A stretch of DNA of 64,000 nucleotides from the NCBI RefSeq assembly GCF_026571515.1, contig NW_026865611.1, positions 62,001 to 126,000 on the forward strand, written 5' to 3'. Positions 46,037-59,614 of the stretch are shown here, in pieces. The notes under the pieces are model-generated. The model was not told the origin of the DNA, searched no databases, and was given only the letters and a program-made list of their open reading frames with translations. The first letter of the stretch is position 1. Each line of letters opens with the position of its first letter. The DNA comes from Ruditapes philippinarum. Taxonomy: Eukaryota. The position numbers and the translations under genes were made by a program.

Positions 46037-48514
46037 TTAAAACACACTTAAACAATGTAGTTGTAATATACATAAAAAACATTGTGCAAAGTAGTGCACC
46101 TATTTTATACAAATATCATACATTATATAGTAATATATTAATGTTATTTGTAGATAAACTAAAATTGTATCAATTTGCATCAAGCATTGTAGAATTCTTT
46201 TCTATCAAAAGGAGTCTTACAAAACATATATAAATATTTATATACAGTGAAAACATGATGGGGATTTTTGAGATTCTCAGATTACTGAAAAATCAGCCAT
46301 TAATTACACATAGCATGTCAATTATTACTTGAAGCTTCAATCTTTTACTTTTCCTAAAATCTTAGTACATTTTTCTCAGGCTTGATTTTGCTGAAATATT
46401 TTGGCTCATCTGGAGGCATGCTGCTTAAAAGACTGTGTTATAACTCTGTTGATACGTATATTCAGTATATGTTGCTTACATAATGCATTCAAAGTTTATA
46501 ATGCATTGGCATTAGAGTTATGCTTTTTAAAGTTATGAGGCATTAGAGTTTACTTGCTTAAGTGTTTATGAGGCACAACTTTTATGATAAGAAGGACTGA
46601 CAGGGTATTCACTTAATTCTTCAAACATGTCTTCTTTTACTAAAGTGGAGGTCACTTTCTAAAATGCAATAATGCTCTAGCATGGTTTTTAATTGAGTTA
46701 TACCTTTTTGTAAAATTAGAAAATTCTTAGATACTGTATGTCTTGCAGAGTGTCATATAGAGATTTACATTTGCCGTCTTGGTGGAAATTGTACCTTATT
46801 TACAAAGACCCAGAACTCGAACATTGACTTTCACTCAATTATAATACCCCTTTAAAAAATATAAAAATTTCTGAACTATCCAAGATCTTTGTTGAGAATA
46901 GTCAAGTAAGTTTTTGATCTGACAGCTCTTGTTTATTACACGTGTTTATGCTCAAAGTTATTATGATGACTGTTCTATTTGTTACGAAATCTTAAATGCT
47001 GTTTTAATTACTGATGTAATAAAGGTCCTACATATTTACATACATTTGCATTCTTTTGATTCAGATAACAATATGTTCAATATGTGTACAAAAAGTATAA
47101 ATTTACATCAACATGTTACAATGCTGTCTTTCAGCACATACATTTCTTTTTCACAAGTTTTAAATAATTCAACCGTGATTTAATAACAACATTTGCGCTT
47201 TTATACTACTCATTAATCAATAGATGAGGGGGTATATTTCATAAGGCCTTGAACATATCACATGTGTTAACCTATTAAAATATGACATTGAGACCTATAT
47301 AACCAAGTTTTTCAAGGTCAGAATTTATCAAAAAGTTTAGAAATTACACTATATCATAAAATATCAAGACAGTTACATCAAAAGATGATATCTAGATATA
47401 TATGTTTAAATTTTTTAAAAAGATATGCACATTATATATTTTATAATAGACTGCAATAAAAGTATAAAAGAATTTACCCTGCTGCTGAGACATTTAGTTT
47501 CATTCCTGATATATTTTAATTCTCCTGTTTATCATCATATATTTGCACAATGGTAAAACTTAGGGTCGCAACAATGGTGCTTAACTTTTTATAAATTCAT
47601 GATAAATCTTTATAAATATTTAGTTATTTTTTGTGTTATTTTTACTGTTGTCTTCCTTTAAGATTAACAATTATAATTTTGACGTTATGTCATTTGCAAA
47701 CTATAAACACGTCAATGTAAAAATTGATTCATTTTAACTGTAAACACTTCTGTTTTAGATATGTCATAAAAAGAATATTATATTCAAGTGGCTTCATTAC
47801 TAACTTTATTTAACTGGTTCTATAAATTTTGAGTATTAAACCATCACTAATTTAATATCCTCTATTTACTATACCTTTTTGTTTCAAACTTGATGTAAGA
47901 CAGTTCAATTATTTCAGTGTAAATCTGCCATCTTTTGATACAATGATCAATGATTATTTCATGATAAGTACAAAGATAAATTATCTGATAGTGCTCTTCT
48001 GATTGGATGACTCTACATTGTGTGTTATTTCTCTATATGATATGCTTTTTATACACAATAAATGTTATATTAACCTGACTTGTAATTCATAGATAACTTA
48101 TATAGGCAACATTGTATCATTCATTTTTTGTATATAACTAAATTATATATATAAATGTTGGTTTTTACATACCTATATGTATTTATTGTGCAATAATATG
48201 TTTTTGTCCAGGTTGGTTTTGATTGAATTTACAGTAGTTAATAGGTAATTTTAAAGATATACTATGCTCATCCTCGGGTAAAATATTTTTATCACAGAAA
48301 TTTATTGAAATCTATGAAATTCTAATTTGAAAGGGAGAACGAATAAAGTAGTAATTGAAAACTCCTTTCCATATCACAGTTCAAGTAATGTTGGTCTTTT
48401 TATAAAAAACTGGCAGTTTTTTAATAACGCATTATGTTCTTACTGTGACAACCTAAAGCGTGTAGAGATCAAAACATAACATATCTACTTTAATATGTAA
48501 AGTCAAACATGTTT

Positions 48515-49356
48515 GTTTTTAGCTCGACTTTTCTATGAAAAGGGGAGCTATCCTACTCGCCCCGGCGTCGGCGTCGGCGTTAGCGTTGGCGTCACACCTT
48601 GGTTAAGTTTTTCGTACCACCCCACTTTATTTCAGAAGTATTACAAGTATGGCTTTGAAACTTACCATACTTGTTCACCATCATAACCTCCATCTACAGA
48701 CAAGAGTACATAACTCTGTCAAGGTTTTTGACAGAATTATGGCCCTTTTTTGACTTAGAAAGTGTATTGAGCTTGGTTAAGTTTTTTGTACCACCTCACT
48801 TTATTTCAAAACCATTGGAGGTATTGCTTTGAAACTGACCATACTTGTTTACCATCACGACCTTCATCAACAGACAAGAGGACATAACTCTGTCAAGGTT
48901 TTTGACAGAATTATGCCCCTTTTTGACTTAGAAAATACATTGAATATGGGTAAAATCCACTTATTGCCTTAACCCTTTGAGATATTGCTTTGAAACTTTT
49001 AATGCTATTTCACATCATTACCCCCATCTGTACGCAAGAGAAGGTAACTCTGTCAAGGATTTGTTTTAAAAATTAAGGCCTTTTATCGACTTAGAATCTT
49101 GGTTAAGTTTTTAGTACCAGTCCACTTTTTGACTGAACTGTTTGAGATATTAATTTGAAAGTTGGAATACTTGTTTACAATCATGATTCCCAAACATGTC
49201 CAGGAGAAGGTAATTCTGTCAAAGATTTTATTTGAATTATGGCCATTGTTCACTTTAAAAATACAGAGATTCTTGTATTGCCTTTTACTGCAAAAACTTT
49301 TTTTATTGGCAAGCAATAAAAAAGTCGAGCGCGCTGTCTTACGGACAGCTCTTGTT
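48515..49356 (+). mobile_element. HINE-like element with ~165-170-bp core repeats (4 copies), related to the 43036 family
   Basis: GCTCGACTTTT ... AAAAGTCGAGC subterminal inverted repeat, (GGCGTC)n, 3' hairpin GCTGTC..GACAGC TCTTGTT. Confidence 0.88.
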
Positions 49357-51557
49357 TGTTTATAAAGTGACTGTGTGGCAATTATCAGTATTTTCAGACA
49401 TCAAATTTGAGCATAGTATAGCTCTATTATGTTTAGTAAATTCTGCCTACAAAACAATTATCATTCTTATTATAGCTTTCTCATTTGGACTTTAATTTAT
49501 CTGAATATTTTTGATAGTTAAATTCATTTTAGAAAATATTGGCCTTATGTATTCCTTTTTATATGTTATATGAGTGAAAAAGTTTAAAAAATTAGCAAAT
49601 AAAACACATTTAAAATAACTTAAAATCAAAAAAAATTTGTTTCTACATTTTTCATAATTTTTTTTTAAAGATATGAATGAAATGAGAAAATGTATGCAAA
49701 TAAACACACTTTTAATTCTTATTATTTATTTTTCATTAACTTTGAACAATATACTTTTTAAAAGAAATGAGATTGATTTAAAGATGTGAACAGAATTAGA
49801 TTGATTTATCTGAACCAATATTTAACAGACATATTCTTTTCTGACTATTGATATGTTGTAGTAAAATATTTTCCTTTTGAACAAAATAATTGTTCTGTTT
49901 ATTACTTTACAGTAGGAAACATAATTTTACTTTTGAATGTTATGCTGTTAGGTATACTGGTTAATTTTTGAAACGTCTCTATTTTATATTCTTTTAATTT
50001 GTTAGATTGGTTTAAACTAATTTCCCCATGTAAAATCATTCATATTACATTGACATTGTCTTTTTGTAATCATTAGATTTTAGTCTGTAATAAATTGTCA
50101 CTTTTGTTATCGTGATGTTATATTGAATAATATGGTAATGTTTTCTTTGGTACACATTTGTAAAACATATATTCATACATACAGTGTATATTTATTTTAT
50201 TAATTTACTAGCCATGTATTGTTGTAAGTTGTTTGTGTATGAACTATCTTTGTTTATAGCAAATGGCATACATATTTAACAACAAGAAATGTAATTATCT
50301 TTGAAGAGCAGTTGACTATAATTAAGCAAATCTTTCTCTCAAGTTAACCTTGATTTACACGAAAGCTTGCTCTGTGGTGCACTGTAAACCCTGGCACTTC
50401 AACGCTGTAAGATGGAATCCTGTTCGGAAATGAGATTCTTTTATGTCGGGAACCTCTCTATCAAGCTAATTGAAGCCTTCTGGCTCTACTGTGTTGCCCG
50501 CCTTTGTCTGCAGTAATGCGTTGATGGATACCGGAGATTTAATTAAGATTAATGGAAAATAGATAGATTTACCTCTACCAAAAACATTACATGTATTGCT
50601 TAATCATAATATTCTTTACATTTTGCACGGTTTTACAGGGAGAGATATTTCGACTTTAATTTCTGTAATTATCAAATATACTATAATATACTAAACTGGC
50701 TTTGTTTTGTTTATTTGCTCATACTTTAAATTTCGTATATACTAAGAACACCATGTATGATCCCTTGTTTGATTTTACAGCAATATTTTAATCTACGAAA
50801 TATATCTAAAACAGTTATAATTTATGTTTTGCTGAATAAGTTTTTAACCATATATAGCAGAAGTTAAAATGGAGTAAAATACAGGATGTAAACTAGGGTT
50901 TTTATAAAAAAAAAGTTCAGACAGATAAGTAGATTAAACTTGGACAAAACAGCTGATGCACAGTGTAGGATAAATACAGATATTTGTGGTATTTGATGGC
51001 TAAATGACGTTACTTCATGATCATATTGTGAAAAATGCCCGTTTTCATTGAAAAGCCTCCTGTAACAAGTTCAAACTGCCATGAAACTATGAAAAATGCT
51101 TCAATATTGATGAAACTTGGCACAATGTCGACTGGACTAGCCTCTGTAACATCATGCTCAATCTTAAATTTCCTGTTAACATGGCAACGGGGGACGTCCC
51201 AAAATTGCCAAAATTACTATTTTGCATTGGGTTCAAAACTGATTTCAAAGTGCTGCAATTTCGCAATGGATTGAGATAGAGTAAAAGGCTTTTCAGCGTT
51301 GGTTACACGTTACTTTATGATCGACCTGAGGCCATTTGTAGCCTGTCACATGTCCAAAATTTTCTTGGCGACGAGGGGGATGCCATTCCCTTCAAATCGC
51401 AGAAACATAAGGGGCACAACCTCCTTCTGGCAACCCCCTTATGTACTTTTTTGATAGGGGGCGGCGCCGAAAAAGTGATAATTTTTTTATCAACATTTCA
51501 CAAACGAAAATGGTGTTTGGGGCGTAAATACGGCATTTTTTCACTATTTTAGGCCTT

Positions 51558-51752
51558 GGTTTAAACATACTTATTTAAGCTCGATTGCGAAACAAGTTCT
51601 TGCAACTTATATTAATCACTTTCGAGTCCGCTTCCTGGAACCAACCAGTACTGGTGTCATATGGAGAAACATGGTCGTGACCCGAGTAGGGCTCGAACCC
51701 ATGATCTCTGGGTTGAGAGGCAGACACCTTAACCACTAGGCCACTGCTCCCC
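51558..51752 (-). mobile_element. tRNA-derived SINE (family S1), full length, 11-bp TSD
   Basis: TTTTAGGCCTT at 51547-57 and 51753-63; A box GTGGCCTAGTGG, B box GGGTTCGAGCCC. Confidence 0.88.
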
Positions 51753-51817
51753 TTTTAGGCCTTAAAAAGCAGGGGGGTCGAAAAGCCGTCAACACACGTC
51801 TATGAGGTAAAGGGTTA

Positions 51818-52108
51818 GGGTTACGATCGTTGACTTCAAACCACTTGCCCTCACCGCTGCGGGTTCGAATCACAACAGGACCCTTGGATGTTAGGAAGCT
51901 ATCCAGCTAGCTTACGGAACGTCGGTGGTTCTACTCAGGTGGCCGTTTGTGCCTGAAATAATGCACGGAAGGGCACCTGAGGTCTTCCTGCACCAGTAAA
52001 GCTGGTAAACGTCGCCATATGACCTATACTGTGTCGGTGTTACGTAAAAATCCAGAGACATAGATGTTATCTATGTCTCTGAAAACTCCAATCAATCAAA
52101 CAAACAAA
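51818..52108 (+). mobile_element. tRNA-derived SINE (family S2), 5'-truncated, with a 29-bp palindrome inserted in its 3' end
   Basis: GGGTTCGAATC B box, S2 core, (CAAT)(CAAA) tail; insert at 52053-52081. Confidence 0.85.
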
Positions 52109-53126
52109 TCACGTTTTAAGTAGGGCCTGGAATATTTTATTCGAATATTCAAAACACTACCGAACATTCAAAAGGGAAAAACAAACGATTTTTTTCTCTC
52201 ATTTGTCTCAAAATTTCAAAGTATGAGGATCGTAGTTCTTTCAATCAAATAACTCGCTTGTTTTTCAAACTCTTTATATCTCATGAATATGTTTGTCCTC
52301 AATAGTACATGACTTCTTATTGTTGATGTTCAAAGTAAGACTGACCACAAATTGTTTGCGAAACAATTTTGCATACAGACCCAGACCCAACAATTAGGTG
52401 ATGACCTTCTGATCTTATTAAAATTGCTATAAATGCGTCATATGTGTTGCATTTACATCTTTTTACATCTTATGAGACTGTGTAGAACCAACATTTTAGA
52501 CACGCTGAAGTTTCACAATTTGTATTTGGTTATATTTGTATTTTAGACAAACTTCTTGTACGGGTATTCATTTTCTTAAAAAAAATGTTTCAAAGTTGTA
52601 TTTTGCAGGTTTGCTCATCACAAAGCAGTCCTGATGGATATAATCCACTTGTATAAAGCACTATATATCTATAAGGAATATAGCTTGCTTGATAAGGGGG
52701 TACAATGCCATATCGAACATAAAAAGTGATCAAATTATCATCATTCTCTATCACATTTGCACTTATCGTTATTTACTGTTCCTAGATGTTCCATTTGAAT
52801 GATGTTTCACCTAATACAATAATAAACATGAAAACAAGCAAACAGAAACTCTACTGATTTTTTTTTATCTCAAAAGTAATCAGAATGTCCTAGATGTTTT
52901 AACTGCGGGGCTTTTATTAATTAAAAAATAATTTGTGGTAAATTAAAATATTTATTGGCAAAATGATATGATACGATATATTACAAAATGTCACTGTCAA
53001 CTTTCTTTCGGGAAGATAGTTCTCATTTACAGACACTATCTTTCTTATAATGAATTGCCTTCTATAATTATTAAATTAAAATAAATATAATTTCATTCCA
53101 CTAACGAATTGAAAGGTTTCATATCT

Positions 53127-54943
53127 CTAAGCCAATTTTACGCTAAGTATTTTGATTATATCACGACACGGAAAAATCATTCCTTTTTCAGATGAACAAC
53201 TAATGTACAGTTTATGAGTTCTATCATTGTAATATACGGCAACTGGATTATAAAAATCAGTTTTCTCTATACCTACAATTTCACATTTCTTGAAGGTGCT
53301 CGACAATCTTACAATATTGCTACTGTCTTTGTAGCAAACTAACATCGTACCATCATCCAACTCTTGTATTCCTTTAGGACATTTATATCCTTGATCCTCG
53401 AATCTTTGTACACTTTTACCTTGCCAGTCTACTTTTACAACTCTACTATGCTGAGTTATCTGATCAGATACAACTATGAACTTCTCATCACTGCTGATAA
53501 CAATCTTTTCGGGCCCATTAAACAATCCAGGAGTATCAAACACCTGTATCATATTTCCGTCTAAACCCAGAATAACCAGCTTTCCTGGACTGCAATTACA
53601 GCCTACTACTAGCTTGTCCTGACAATAAGCTACACAATAACACCATTCTCCGACATCTATACGACGATCTAAAGACAAACTAATGTCAGTGTAAGACATT
53701 ATCTGAATACACTTTTCATCAAATAATGCAACAGCAAGTTTGTTTTGCGGAAGTTTTATAACATCTGTTGGTGATGAAGATAGGATTATCTCTGATACCA
53801 GCGTTCCTGTGTCTATATTAATTATTTTAATTTTGTTATTGTTTTCGTCAGCGACGATCATATTTGTTGTGGAAATTAGTACCATTCCAGAGATATCGCA
53901 TTGTTTATTATCAGAGGAGTATTTCACTCGCATTGTTCTTTCATATTGGACACATTCTGCACTTTCTGCACAAGGTCTTCGGTATGTTGTTATCCTTCCT
54001 AGAGATTTGTTATTTTTCAGCTGACCAAGCATCATTTCGTTTCGGATAAATTTGACATGGCCATCCGTTTTATTATTTTCAACCAATTGTTTCTCTTCAT
54101 GTGATAGTTTTGCAACTTGGGGTTCAACATGTTTCATCTCAATAAACAGCTTGTTCTGCTTGTTTTCGTCACTCAGAGACTTGAGCATTGACATTGTACT
54201 TGACATTTCCTCTGCGATATGTAAGCTACCTGTTTTTATATTTTCTTGTTTACACTTTGCTGACAGTGCACAAGATTTAGCGTCCCTCATAATTTCGGCT
54301 TCCATCTTATCCAGACATTCGTTTATTTCATTTCTGAAAACTTTGATATCTTCAACAACGGACTTGTACATTTGTTCTATGTTTGCTGTAGCAGACTCGG
54401 CAATTGTGACATTACATTGACACTTTTGAATAAGTGGCTTCATTCTGTCAATCAATTTTTCAAGCTCATTAGACACATTTCTTGAAACATCGGGAATATA
54501 GTCTACTTTGCAGTGCTTGTGTTCTAGAGTCACACACACGTAACAGGCATATAGAATTTATGTGTGTTTGACATACCAGAATTCCAGTAGTTTGTGCGCT
54601 AGTGTTTCGTACAAAAAATCAGTTATTTGATGCATTTTTTTTTACATTATTCCGCGTCCTTCAAATTTTGTCTGCCTGGCATTCTAGATCATTATATGCG
54701 ATAGACTGAGCACACAGGAAAAAGCTTTGGTTATGCCAACAGAGTAGTGTTGCAGGTAGCACGTTGGTAGTAAGGAGTGTTTATGATTTCCTAATGGTGT
54801 TTATAACAACTCTTACAAAGATGTTCCTCGCAGTCCTGGCAATAACCAAAAGCTGGTTCTTTTAAGCCATCTCTGTCGCATGGAAGGCAGTAAAGATTGA
54901 AATCTTGTTCCGAAGAAACAGCTAATTTCCCTGATACTTCCAT
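53127..54943 (-). pseudogene. RING-less TRIM-like gene (B-box1, B-box2, coiled coil, NHL-like beta-propeller); 5' part disrupted (pseudogene or assembly error)
   Basis: Acceptor tttattccag| before 54950, ATG 54943: MEVSGKLAVSSEQDFNLYCLPCDRDGLKEPAFGYCQDCEEHLCKSCYKHH* (TAG 54793-54791). B-box2 remnants (CTKH, LEFW, YACYVCVTLEHKHC) lie in shifted frames. An intact 470-aa ORF follows with coiled coil and NHL-like repeats (ISGM..MIVADENNNKIK, PTDV, PKGI). Confidence 0.75.
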
Positions 54944-56802
54944 GTTTTATCTGGAATAAAGATTGAAAAGAAACTTGTATATAAAAATTTATTATACGAA
55001 ATATTATTTATGATCAAAAGTAATAATTATCATAAGTAATTGACTATAATTCTTATTTGAGCCATAGTTTAATAAGATCTCAGGAGCGTATACAGAACAT
55101 GGTTTTCTTGGGGGTGACATATGGTTGTAATATTTTGACAAGAACAAAAAAACAATACAACAGGTTTGAAGATTGGGCCAGCATCTTGTTCATGTGACAA
55201 AAATTGTAATTTATATCTTTTTAGCTCGAGTCTACTGGGTGACAATGTACTTTTCTTATTTATGTGTATACTACTGTGTTGTAAATAGGTTGATGATAAG
55301 ACTGGAATTAAGAAAAATTTAAGTGATTGGGGTCGGTCTGGGAGGGGTGTCGCCTCCAATGGACGGAGAAAATTTTGAAATATGAGGTTGAAAATGGTGT
55401 TATTTCATTGACTTTCTAATACTGTTTATGGTATATTTTGGATGGTTTAACATCACAATGTATTTTGTATGGGTTAGTGTTTGCAAGGTCGTTCAAATAG
55501 AATTCCCATGGGGTTTAGTAGTAAGCAATTACGAAATAACAGCACACTTACCAATGTATGTGCGACCGTTAATAAAAAAATCTCGATCAATTTACTCGTC
55601 TGATTAATAGTTAGGCGATTTGACAAAGTAAAGTGTTATTGCCTTTCTAAATTGTATAATAAAAATAATTTCAAACACTAATATTCAATAAGAATTTTTT
55701 CCATTAATGAATCCATTTATGATATTAAAAAGGTCAGTACAATTTAAATTTGATTTAAAAAAATATAACTGCCATTAAAATTATCCAATAATTTCATCTT
55801 AATAAAAATCTTAGTAAAACTAAATTAAAACTCTATTTTTTAAATATTATCTCTTTATAAAACTCGCCACCATTTTAATTTACAAGTCACAATTTTCAAT
55901 TTCTTAATTGCTTTAGCAAAGAAAAGGAAAAACAAAGATAGTAATTTAAAATAATCTACACAATTTAATCAGGCCAGCTTCATTATCTTATATTATTAAT
56001 TAGACAGATTATAAATAGCCAATATATTAAACAAAGAATGAATGTACGTCAAAATTAATGTTTTTTGAAAGATGTATTTCAATTAATAGTTTAGCTTTGG
56101 TATAATGCTTTTAATAGAACGTAAATTAAATGATCCACGTAATTACATTCATGCGCAGTCTCCATTTATATCGATATATTTTGCTTTCAATGTCACCTTT
56201 AGTAAATTCACTTTAAACTAAACAAACTATTTTCTCACATACGAACTTGCTATTTGCTAAGTCTCGAAAGAGACATTTACACTATAGCGGCTGTCGTATA
56301 GTAGGCCTACAATTTTATTACTATACAATTACTAAGTCATATCCCATTCAAACCAGTAAACTGTTAATTCGTTATGTAAATTTAATCCATGTTTTGAAAT
56401 AAATAGGTAAGTGACCTACATTTTGATATTCAAAAGACTTGAACAAATGTGTATCATTAAATGGATATATCATAGACTTACAGCGTTTGCAGTGGAATAT
56501 GCTAACTTGTACAATATGCGGATATTCCTTTTCCTACGTGTACACAATCTTTTAAAATATTTTACAACAAAAATGATAAATAGAATAATTACCTGTCTCT
56601 CTTTTAATAATCCAGTTGAAACATGCACTTTGGAAGCGGAAGTTCTAAATATAGTTTTCAGGGGACACAACTTCATTTACACGTTGAATTTACTGGTACA
56701 TCGATTATCTCCCTTGTCACTAAACTGATTTGCTAATTGATGTTATTAATGATTTCATTTTTCTTGATTTTGTTTTTATTTTTGTCCTATTTTTATCTGA
56801 TT

Positions 56803-59289
56803 GTACATTTTCGACACTTATTTCCTGGCATTTAATTCGTTTAAATTACGAAATATTAATTCGTAATTACGAAAAATCAAATTCGTTTTTACGAAATAAT
56901 AATTCGTTTTTACGAAATATTAATTTGATTTTACAAAATATTAACTCGTTTTTGCGAAATAGTAATTCGTTTTTACGAAATAATAATTCGTTTTGTACGA
57001 AATATTAATTCGTAATTACGAAATTTTAATTCGTTTTTCTTCGAAATCTTATTTAAGGTCATTATAAGTTTGACAAAAAACCTACTATTTTCACATTGGG
57101 GTCATTTACAAGCCTGGATCAACCTTGCGATTATAAGCCGAATTTTTCTGAAGTTATTATATTTAAGTGAAAAGGTTTTTGGAGTGAGAAATCATTCTCA
57201 ATCCAAAATATTCTCTTTTTTCCCATTGTCAAATACATGTTCCAATCAGCAATGTTTTAATGTTTGGGGCAATTAATCCTTTCTGACATGTTTCTTTAAA
57301 AAAGAAACGTGCTATATTATTACTTTCTTTTATCATATACATAAGTAACACAGAAGGGGGGGGCTCCAGATTTCTATAATCTAATCAATTTTAAAAAGTT
57401 TATTTCCTTACAATTTATGTATGGGCACCGTGCGATCATAAAAAACAGAATATTTTATTTCAAAACTCAAAAATATCGACAAAACGAATCAGAAAAAAAT
57501 TGTCCGTGTTTGGATTTGAAGCACATGACCCCCATTTTAAGAAGATTTCCCTAGCGCGAGACCTACCCACGGCCCTGGGGCGGCTAATGCTATTGATAGG
57601 CAATTGTTTCCCTATTATACAAATCTTTAAGTTATGAAACTTAAGTTATGAAAAAGTTAAAGTTATTAAAATATCCTACTCTGGGATATAATGTTGAATC
57701 ACCCTAAGTGATATGTTGCTTTGCTTTTTACATTTGTCTTTTGGCGTCTTATCTGTGATACACAGGCTTCATAACCTCTGATCCCCTTTCAAAATTCCAT
57801 TTTATTTCGTTCCCCCATTGTTTTCTCGTTTAGGGCACGCGCTGTTTTATTACTTTGGGACCATACGCCCTTTCATGGAATGACTACAGTGTCACATTTG
57901 AAGTTCCATGATAACCGCCGTATTGAACACATCTGCGGATGTTTTAAAATTCAAAACTTTTTACCATTTTAGTTTTAAATGTTGAATTCTGCTTAACCGG
58001 GTGCTAGGGGGCGTGGACGGTAACTTGCACTTTCCAGTACCGTCCATGAACAGGCTCAATCAAACCGAGCCTGCAACATTTTCAATTTTGCCCGTGTTGG
58101 GCTTTCTTTAGGGATTCAGTATGTATCTATTTTATGATCACATCCGTGTTATTTGTGCCGTTGTGGCGGCTGTAAAAAATCTCCCCGTACATTTAATCAA
58201 TGATGTTATATTTTCGATCCTTGAAGATCGTTCAGCACGACATTATTGTTGTACTTGTGGTATTTTTAGTTTTAAATTTTTAGGCATTTCTAGTTGGGTG
58301 GTTCCAATATTCCTACTTGAATAATGTTGAATCACCCTGAGGATATGTTGCCTGCTTTTTAAATTTGTCTTTTGGCGTCTTATCTGTGATACGCAGTCTT
58401 CAATAACCTCTGATCCCCTTTCAAAATTCCATTTTATTTCGTTCCGCCCATTGTTTTCTCGTTTAGGGCACGCGCTTTTTATTACTTTGGGACCATACGC
58501 CGCTTTTCATGGAATGGCACTACAGTGTCACATTGAAGGTTCCATGATAACCGCCGTATGAACACATCTGCGGATGTTTTTAAATTCAAAAATTTCACCA
58601 TTTTAGTTGTTTAAATGTTGAATTCTGCATAAGCCGGTGCTAGGGGGCGTGGACGGGTAACTTGCATTTTGCCAAGTACCGTCCATGAACAGGCTCAATC
58701 AAAACCGAGCCTGCAACATTTTCAATTTTGCCGTGTTGGGCTTTCTTAGGGATTCAGTATTTATCTATTTTTGGGAGAAAAAATACTATTTTTTATTTTC
58801 AAATTTACATGCCTTTTTATTTTTGTCAGGAAATTAGTTTTTAAGCCCCTTCTTTTTAAAAAATTACAAAAAATTTTTAAAACCCCAGAAAAAAATTTTA
58901 ATCGTTTTCAAATTTTTAACGAATTATGATTTTGTAAAACACAAATCACATTTCATTTTTACGAATGAATATTTCGTAATTACGGAAATAGTTTTTTATA
59001 AAAACGAATTAATATTTCTTAATAACGAATTAATATTTCGTAAGAACGAATCTATGTTTCGTAAAAACGAATTAATATTTCGTTAAAGCGAATTAATATT
59101 TGGTAATTACGAATTAATATTTCGTAATTGCGAATCAATATTTCGTAATAACGAATTAATATTTTATAAAAACGAATTAATGTTTCGTAATTACGAATTA
59201 CTATTTCGTAATTACTAATTATTATTTCGTAAAAACGAATTAAGTTCCGGAGGAAAAAGTGTGGAAAATGTCACCTCAGGGGCTCCGTA
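56803..59289. mobile_element. Foldback-like element: long TIRs built from 21-bp tandem repeats, enclosing a direct duplication of R1 sequence
   Basis: Left GTACATTTTCGACACTTATTTCCTGGCATTTAATTCG + (TAATTACGAAATATTAATTCG)n 56833-57045; the right array 58965-59243 and flank are the reverse complement, ending GGGGCTCCGTA. Confidence 0.75.
57670..58771 (-). repeat. ~460-bp direct duplication (57670-58133 and 58306-58771) of family R1
   Basis: Near-identical copies differing largely by single-base indels. Confidence 0.88.
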
Positions 59290-59614
59290 TGATTGTGATT
59301 TGACAAAAAAATATTTTATTTGTAAATAACTTGGAGTATCACGTATTGTTCAATAGTATCCAAATGTTTTAATAAAGTTTAACGTACATTGTGCTAACTC
59401 ATATTCTTATATATTTCCAATGTTTTATTTTTGACAATTATCATAATTGACTATGCTGTCCATCAAGATACCACTTCATCTCTGTTAGTCATAACCTACT
59501 CGTCTTTTTGCCACAGTCTCTTAATTGATAATACCTGCTATAATACGTTTTTTTGCTCTTTAAAATATCTCGAAAACGTAATCTCTCGGAAGAATTAAAA
59601 ACATCAAAATTACA

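Noticed and set aside
53364-54420. Plus-strand ORFs opposite the TRIM-like gene
   Set aside because: Antisense shadows of the 470-aa minus-strand ORF.
56730-57008. 92-aa ORF with hydrophobic N-terminus and NSFLRNN repeats
   Set aside because: Translation of a T-rich flank plus the 21-bp foldback array.
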